From: Botryllus schlosseri
Lineage: Eukaryota
Assembly: GCA_051294905.1 (NCBI GenBank)
Contig: CM119372.1
Span: forward strand, 22,384,001 to 22,448,000
Direction of reading: 5' to 3'
DNA: 64,000 bases
Below are positions 56,501 through 64,000 of the stretch, piece after piece (within the stretch, counting starts at the first letter, position 1; each line of letters opens with the position of its first letter). Under the pieces are notes generated by a model, which saw nothing but the letters and a program-made list of their open reading frames with translations, searched no databases and was not told the DNA's origin. The translations under genes were made by a program, and so were the position numbers.

Positions 56501-59500
56501 TTGATTGCTGGTGGCTGTTCCACATCTTTTAGATTCAAGTTGACAATTTGGTAGCATGATTTGGCCTTGATGTTTATAATTGGGATTTTAAACAATCTGA
56601 TTCTAGTGCCAACGTTGTTTTTAGGTTTCGGTTCATTATCATATCCTCCTTCAAATTCGCCAATTGGAGTCTGGTATTCTGTTTGATCTGCTCATAGTTG
56701 TAATCTTGTTAACTGCGAGTCTTCTGAGGCCTTCATCATCATCACTGAGCATTCCCAGAAAAAAAACATTTTCCGGATGCGGTGAAATTGCACGACCACT
56801 AGAGGGTGCACGAGCTCAAAATTATTATAGATATTATTTTTTTTGAAATTTGGCACCACATATCAGGTGTCCGTTTTGAAATTCAAAATTTTCCATTTTT
56901 CACTCCACCCTAGTGCACATGTTATACCAAACGCATGGCGGAGCCACCATACGCCATTTGTGTCACTCAAAGGTAATAAAGTTTCATTGTTGTCATACAT
57001 GGTCCGTTCTGACACTTTGTATCATTGAGAATTTCTCAATGGCGACAATGGCACAGATTCGATGTGATTACGTTGCCTGTTTGACAAACCCGTATCCAAT
57101 AATTTTCCTTACACAAATTGTAGCATGAATTGATGCTAAATAGAATGATAAAATCCCTTGGAATAGCACAAGCTATTCGACAGTAATTTGAATCATAGCC
57201 TATATGAGAAATGGGACAAGACCATAATATGCCCAAATCTAACTGACATCCAAGATTAAATATGTAAACTCCATATTGTATTTCAATGTTAAATGATCCT
57301 CAGATTGATCCCCATTTAATTCTACAAAAGTTCTTGACCCTAGCATACACACCAGTTGCCATGGCAATCAGTTTATGAAAAGTATCCCCATCTAATTCAT
57401 TGACATCGGCCGCTCCTCGGTTAATAAGCTCTTGATCTGAAATAATGGAATGCGTTAAGTTACAGTAAATTATATATCAAAAATTGTATAGAAACGTACT
57501 TGTAGTGCGCTGTCTAACCGAATTCAGAAAGATTTGAGCCGCATCATTATTTGATAATTGGGTCTCATTGAATGAACGTTGAGACAGGACGTTTGCAGAG
57601 TTGTTTTGCAATCCAAACAAGTCAGAATTATACTTTGGTCCATTTGGAGATTGTACTTTCTGGGGTAAGGCATAGTTGTTTTTCATGGGAGATGTGAAAT
57701 TGTCTGGAAATGGAATAAATCGAGAAATTTTAAGACAGTAGGCTACACAGCATTGTCACGGACAGGCCTACCGTTTCTGAAATCCGAGAACTGCTGGGTA
57801 TTTTGCTTCTGAAAAATGAATCGAATGTATCAGTAGACAACCAAAGTAATCAGTCAGGAAATTACCAAGGTGGTCAGTTTAACGAAGTACTTCTGTTTTT
57901 TTAGAGCAATCAAGAAGATTTTCTCTACTTGCACTATACACTTAAGCTGTCTTCTACTCTTCTACATTCTTTACAGCCCACCTAATTACTTTTCAAGTTA
58001 CGTACTGACAAGTAGAAAGTAATTTATAGATATATTTTTACTTCCTTTGATTAAAATTGTCCAAACAATCAGTAATGAAACTGTATCACAATGAAAGATG
58101 TTAGTCATGTTACAACATAGAAAATTGGTGATTGACCGAGAAGATGGGAATGTAAGGTCAAGTAAAACTGATAAAGTAGCCTATATAATTTGAACAAGTA
58201 TGTTGAGACCTGTCCTACTTATACCGGTACTTCAATAGTTATGATAAGACTTGAAAATTGTAACTAGTACTTGTAATTGAGTACAAATTTATATTTTAGC
58301 ATTATTAGCACAAATTAGCATTATTTGAACTTGAACTTGAGCATCATCAACGACTATAGTTCGACACTCTCTCAATGTACAGTATGGTAATATAAACTAA
58401 ATCTTACCTCTTGATTTCCATTCCTGTTAGCAGCGTAGCTATGAGTTGGAGTTCTGTATGGCTTTGGTAGCTGCCTTTGTGCGAGTTGTTGCCAACTAAG
58501 AGACTTCACCGAATCTTCCCTACAAAGTAACACGGGTTACAAACAGTTTCCTGTTGGATAATTGGATCGATATTTCATCTTATCCTATCTTGCAGTAGAA
58601 ATTTCACCTGCTGTTCCGTGGACTTGCTGGTGACTCTCTGAGAATGCTCGCAACCAGATCTTGCAGATCACTTTTGTCTGATTGACTGTTGCAAGAATGC
58701 ATTGGCAATATTAAGAATATGTTATTTCTCAACATAAGAATTCGTCTAGTCATCTAGTGCCAATATTAATATGTTGGATTAATTTATTAATATGAGAGAT
58801 TCAGACAGGAATTTACACAAACTACAGATACAAACATTTTCAGACTCTTGACTTACTCCTGATCATGGGTGTTGAGATTACAATATCATTGAAGTCATTT
58901 GCTAATAATTCCATAAACAACTATGATTGCAACAAAAGGAGATTACTCATCTTTACAGATATAACCACAGCCACAAGGTCATTCTATTATTTACCAGCTA
59001 TTACTAATGTATGCGTAAAATAATTTATTACACATCAAATATCCTATGAAAGTCAAAAATCATAGATTAGTCATACATGTTTGTGAATCACTAAAATTCT
59101 CAAAACACTCAATCTGAATGAACTTTGCAAAAATTAGTTTGGTTACTTTGCTAGATTTGAAGCTAGACCAATTTTGAAACATAATCACTTCATTACGTCA
59201 TGAACGGTATAGTATTCAATCGTGGCAATCAATTTTATGACCGCCTCAACTCTATTATTATGCATTGACGGACGATAGTTGCTCCACATTTGAATCAATT
59301 CAAAGGCCGCAGCTTAGTTGAAAAAATGATTTCATTGAACTAAACATATAATACTGGTAATCATAGCCTACTACTACAGTTCACCCTGACTGGGATCGCC
59401 GGCCATTTTGCCTCATATATCAGGTGAGAAGCGATGATTTTTCTAGTTAAAGTAATTTAATAAAAAATAATTAAAAAATAAAACATAGTGTGAGCACAGG

Positions 59501-59929
59501 ACACCTATTCCATGCAGACAGTTCACCTGCTTGCTGATTCAATTGTTTCCTCAGCACTTGATGCTGTTGACCATCTTGAATATGCTGCTCTAGCATGATC
59601 AGAATTGAGAGCATCTAAACATGCAGAAAATAGTATTCATGTGAACACCACAAGCATGTATCAGTCGAGTAAGTGAAAGATGAGAATACGGTATAGTTGC
59701 AATGCTGGGAGATTCTATACATCATCATTACAGTAATGTGGAATAATCCATGGAAATATCAAAAAATTATGAAACTGCAAGCGCTGTATATTTGATAAGT
59801 AAACAAAAAATGTGGTAAGGCATAATATTACCTATGGCGCATCACTCAAACTGGCAGGCCTCTCAAGAAAAGGATACAAAAGCAATAGACTGTTTAACTT
59901 ACCGAATATCTCCAAATTTCTCCCTTCAT
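47574..59929 (-). CDS. MEIOC: Meiosis-specific coiled-coil domain protein MEIOC (DUF4582) homologue; first coding exon uncertain (candidate ATG 60906)
   Basis: 21 phase-consistent exons (minus): 59929-59903, 59614-59527, 58685-58608, 58519-58408, 57808-57772, 57703-57500, 57436-57353, 55631-55502, 55307-55249, 54935-54809, 54749-54643, 54427-54353, 53884-53763, 53612-53522, 53299-53211, 51114-51046, 50979-50688, 50127-50003, 49941-49807, 49228-49048, 47854-47574. C-terminal [95 protein letters not shown] matches my recollection of the MEIOC conserved domain; N-terminal AYSRWST and [13 protein letters not shown] match the YAPWST and DLYGLVSNILEE motifs. Confidence 0.93.
48030..48218 (-). mobile_element. 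tRNA-derived SINE, second family, in the last MEIOC intron
   Basis: Minus strand: A box TAGCGTAATGG, B box GGTTCAATCC, then ggcctagtcagcgcaaagac..gcttggcgcccagcatt. Confidence 0.7.
48240..48728. mobile_element. hAT MITE, 489 bp
   Basis: TIRs CAGTGATTCCCAA / TTGGGAACCACTG; perfect 8-bp TSD ggctagaa. Confidence 0.92.
52732..52845. repeat. Interspersed repeat copy representing the uninterrupted (empty-site) form of the flanks of 34587-35573
   Basis: ctttacatcgcctaggc|caaggtgggtgtcagat..cgacaccttcctgtcttttcattgtatcgca corresponds to 34570-34586 joined to 35582-35670 with a single gcctaggc. Confidence 0.85.
55791..56912 (-). mobile_element. hATm-like DNA transposon deletion derivative with long TIRs and a transposase 3' remnant
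   Basis: ~130-bp TIRs (TAGGATGGAGTGAAAAATGGAAAATTTTG.. / ..CCATTTTTCACTCCACCCTA); perfect TSD gtgcacat; minus frames give [23 protein letters not shown] and [26 protein letters not shown], resembling the HPEN and PCHTQAVERxVKxVTEAS motifs I associate with this transposase group. Confidence 0.85.
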
Positions 59930-61686
59930 CTGGAAGAGTCAAAGATACTGACATTTTCCCAGGGGTGGGGTGCTACACACAGTTATAGGAAGGCCAATAT
60001 AACGAGTATAAGTTGTGTGTAGGCTCTGGGCAAAAATAGGTACCAAAGGTAAACATCATACATAGCAACCCAATACCAGCATTCATCAAACAATAGTGCT
60101 GGGTAGGCGGGACTTACGTATAGACACAGTAAATTTGCTTATACGTTGTGCCGAGTGAAACTAGCCCAACCGAGAACCAATATACAGGTTCTTAGTTTCA
60201 ATAACGGATACCAGTATTTTAAAGCGAACTACTGGTAGTTGTATGACGAGTAGCCCTGCAGCAACCCATTATCGCAGACGTCGCAGTCACTTTGAAAATC
60301 CAACCTACATCGCAAATCTGACTAATTCCACATCCGAATCAATTCACAGGCTTAGCCGGAAAATGATTTCATTGAAGTATATATATAATACTGGTAATCG
60401 TATTATTGGACATTATTCTACTAATTCTGATAAACACATTGTTCATGCTTCCCTATTTAGCATTGGAATAAGAAAAACATTAATTCATGAGAACCCGAAT
60501 AGCGACCACGTCGATATTTGCACCTAGCAACGCGAGATAACCCCGGTAATTATCTCGAACAACACTTAAAATTTCGTCATTCACATCTATGACGTCATAA
60601 TATCGCTATAAATTCTCCAATCGAAATGCTTCGTACAGTAATAACATAATTTGGCTGATTTATCTGTAGTAGCAGTGAAAGTACTGCACTAGTATCTGCC
60701 TTTCTAGTACAAATAAATCATTTAATCAAGAGGCGATATTATATGGGGTTAATGTTTATTAAGTGACGTGATGTCGTCTCGGTAGCGAACGGATTTTGCT
60801 TAAACTTCACACATTACCGTAATTACATTTTGATATTTCAAAAACCGAAGTCCTGCTGTGCTTGAAGTGATCGTGGCAGTGAACTCACTGACCTTAACAC
60901 GGACATTCGGACATGTCCCTACTTGCCCTTATTCAAATTCCAAGTGCATAGCGAGTTCAGAATACGGGTCACCGATGTTTGGATGAGTTCGTTTTGGTAT
61001 ACGGACTATCCGAGCACTTCGATTCCGTCTTCTAGTAATAAATAATCATTTATATTATGTCATCATCCCTCACACTGCCTTGAACGTTGCATTTTTTACA
61101 ATGGCAAGGGGTTAAAATTGATGGATAAGGATGTTTAGGATCACTTTTCAAACGGGATTTGCATTTGTGACCATGACCAAGAACCATATTGGTTTACTTC
61201 ACAAGTGTATACCCAATACGACACTGTTCCAGTGGCCTCTTTACTAAAAGAAACAGAGGAAGACCCTGTCAAAGACGAATGAAAACGGCAAGGAAAAGTG
61301 TCTAAAAAAGACAGCCTAACATCTAGCGTTTAGGCAGACGGGGATGTCGGATTCAGACGCCATACTTTGGTCGTTTCAACTTCCTCCTATATATGTTCAA
61401 TTCACAATGTGTCTTGTGTAGGCTATTACATTGTACAATTGTTATACATTGTGTGTCTGAGCAGATTAAAATAATAGAACCACCGATTATGACTAATGAG
61501 GCCTTCTATGCGCTCTCGGACTGTTCAAAAACGTTATTACAAATTTCACTGGTTCGGTGATTAAATTGTTTGGTTTCCCTAAAAAACTGTGCCAACAAAT
61601 TTAACTCAATTCAAACGACCGGAAGATGTGAATGTCCAAATTGAAAATTCGACTAGTTTCTTGAATAATAGTAGCCTACATATCCA

Positions 61687-62972
61687 CAGAGGTGGTCAGT
61701 AACGGAGTACTTCTACTTTTTTGAAGTACCCAAGTAGTTATCCGCTACTTGGGTACTTAGGCCTACTCAAGTAGATATCATTTCTCGTTAGTTCTACTTC
61801 CACTTCGTAATATTTTGGGATCTATTTACTTACTTTTCGCTATTTTCCGTTTGCCAAGTAGAAGTAGTTTAATCCTCTAATCAGAAAGGTAGCCAGAGGA
61901 ATTTCGGGGCTGTTTTCACGAAGTAGGCGTACCAACATTTAATTTTCATAAAAAAGTTGAGTAAAGCCCAGAAGTTTTGTCGTGTTTTGCGCACAGTAGA
62001 CTAATATGATTTCACGAACGTATCGGTGAATATAATTTAGGTAGCGGGTTGCGTGGTTCCGTTCAAACGGCATTGTCGCCCATATGAAATATTTTATCAC
62101 AGTAAATATGACCCATCATAGCGTTTGAAACTACCATTTTGGAATTTAGCATTTACCTATCTTATCGTAATCTAGCAGCCCATGGCGTGTCCTAATCTGG
62201 AAAAGTGGACTCTGACTTTTTCTTAGCTTTGCACCTGTTTTAGCAGACCACTGTTGAAACTTACTGGACAAAAGACATGAAATATATTTTACGCTTTTTA
62301 AAAGTAGTATTTTTATTTCTCTTTCAATTCCCAACATCATACTTTGAGTTCAAATTAGTTTCAGTTTTTGAGAACATACATGTTGAAGTATAAATGCAAG
62401 TGCATATAGTAGTGCCTCTATTTTCCGAAAATATAGCTACACTATATGGCATTATTACGATCAGTCATATTTTTTATTAACGTTTAATAATTGCCTAAAG
62501 TGTTTTAACACCATATCCGACACCCCTTCTCCGTGTTAATCTTCGAACTACGGGCCTCCATATTATGTAGGAGGGCGCCATACCATGATGTTTTCTAAAT
62601 CGGGGTGTTCGAGTAAACGGAGGATTAGTATCGCATTCCCATATCAATCCTATCATTTTCATCCCATGATGCGGACGAATGCTTATGCTGCCGAAAATAG
62701 ATACCTCCTAGGATGCATCAATATGAATCAAGCTCTGCACTTTTCGCATAGCTCAATTTGCAGCTTTTGACAATCTATCCTATGCGAACGAATTACGATC
62801 GTTTTCACAACTACTTACTTGAGTATATTTAAACTGAATCAATTCTACTTCTACTTCAAGTAGTTTTAAGATGCTTTTAAAAGGAATACTTCTACTCGTA
62901 CTTGAGTAGATTCTTGCGTCGCTACTTCTACTTCTACTTGAGTAGCTTTCTTGACTACTTTGACCACATCTG
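61687..62972. mobile_element. hAT-type MITE, paralogue of 16325-17329 with extra internal sequence
   Basis: TIRs CAGAGGTGGTCA / TGACCACATCTG; TSD catatcca/tatatcca (7/8); colinear with 16325-17329. Confidence 0.9.
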
Positions 62973-63498
62973 TATATCCAACATTGTACTATCCAATTCC
63001 GGCGGCAAATTTCGACATTTTGAAATGGCAAAACATAGTATCCCAGTCATGGTGGAAGGGAAAGTGATGTTTTTTCGCACGTTTGAATATGGAGATGGGC
63101 CTATCTGATAGGCACTATCATAGACTTTGGACGAAGACATTGCCAATAAAAAATGAGACATTGATAAGTGTCGCAGCCAGAGGACTGGCGCGATAGCAAT
63201 CGTCGAATTCAGCTGGCCCCGGTTCTTTTGGCTCCTAGCTTTAGTGAAGGGGTCACCAACACGCGGCCCACGGGCCATATACGGCCCGCCAGGTATTATT
63301 TTTTGTCCCGTGACCTCGTTTCGGATTTTGTAAACTATGTATGATTATTGTGTCTTCTGATAGCTTGAAATACTATATTTCAAAAATCCGAATCGTTATC
63401 GCAAATATTTATCCCACGCTTCCAATATTACCCTTTTTCGCTATAAAATGTCGTTGACGTTACTAACAGCGTGCTCGCAAAATACGACAAGCCGGTGA

Positions 63499-64000
63499 GA
63501 CTATATCCAACTGCAACTCGCGCGACATGGAAATCATTCCATTTGTCATTTCGGCAAAAATCAGTGACCACAACCATATTGGTTTTCTATCACAAGAACA
63601 ACAAAGGACGCCCCCTGAAACATATCACCTCTGCAGACGACGAGAGTTAGTGGACGAAGAAGCGCTCGATGATGCCGCATTCAATCAATTTAAAACATCA
63701 GCCATCCCCCACATCTCGATAAACAACTTTGACGAAAAATTTGTAGAGTTTATGTCTGCTATCAAATCACTGCTGGAACAATTTGCACCTCTACAGCGCC
63801 TTTCGAGAAGTCAAAGAAAATTGAAGCGAAATCCGTGGATGACCACAAAGCTGATTCAACTTATCCGTAAACGTAACCGGTGGCATAACCGATTAGACAC
63901 CAAGAACTGCCCAGAACATGAACGAGAAAGATTTCGACGTTTCAGGAATCGCACCGTGCATCTCATTTCCAAGGCAAAAGCAAAGTACAATGAGAGATTT
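63499..64000 (+). mobile_element. 5'-truncated LINE (CR1/L2 group) ORF2: end of AP endonuclease and linker; runs off the window end
   Basis: Open frame from 63527: MEIIPFVISAKISDHNHIG..LLEQFAPLQRLSRSQRKLKRNPWMTTKLIQLIRKRNRW..FRRFRNRTVHLISKAKAKY (SDH, AP, PW(M/I)T and RN..AK..Y motifs); follows a hAT-like terminus at ~63247. Confidence 0.85.

Noticed and set aside
57355..57368. X-box-like GTTGCCATGGCAAT
   Set aside because: Lies in MEIOC coding sequence (IAMAT) far from any predicted promoter, so it is explained by codons.

Overview
This is eukaryotic, intron-rich animal DNA, not prokaryotic. The moderate AT content, short-to-medium introns and dense MITEs suggest an invertebrate chordate such as an ascidian (inference only). 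I assembled four spliced protein-coding genes by hand, checking reading-frame phase at every junction. (1) The 5' part of TRAPPC10 on the minus strand (565-8702, runs off the window start), with one GC-AG intron. (2) A short RING/B-box/coiled-coil TRIM gene with no C-terminal domain (+, 15531-25509, ~303 aa). (3) An unrecognised ~1259-aa basic Ser/Arg/Lys-rich protein with repeated RPx[S/T]A motifs and an upstream RFX X-box-like site (+, 29838-43293), possibly ciliary or sperm-related. (4) A MEIOC homologue (-, 47574 to at least 59929) split into at least 21 exons. Introns and intergenic DNA are packed with hAT MITEs (many with perfect 8-bp TSDs), a hATm-like deletion derivative, tRNA-derived SINEs and LINE fragments. 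Highlights: a palindromic Penelope-like element carrying minimal hammerhead-ribozyme motifs; a three-level nested insertion whose empty site is in the same window; an over-represented TAGGCCTA motif that paralogue comparison shows is a TA-duplicating insertion (likely an excision footprint); and inverted SINEs bracketing two exons. Most ORFs in the supplied track are exon fragments, antisense shadows or spurious.
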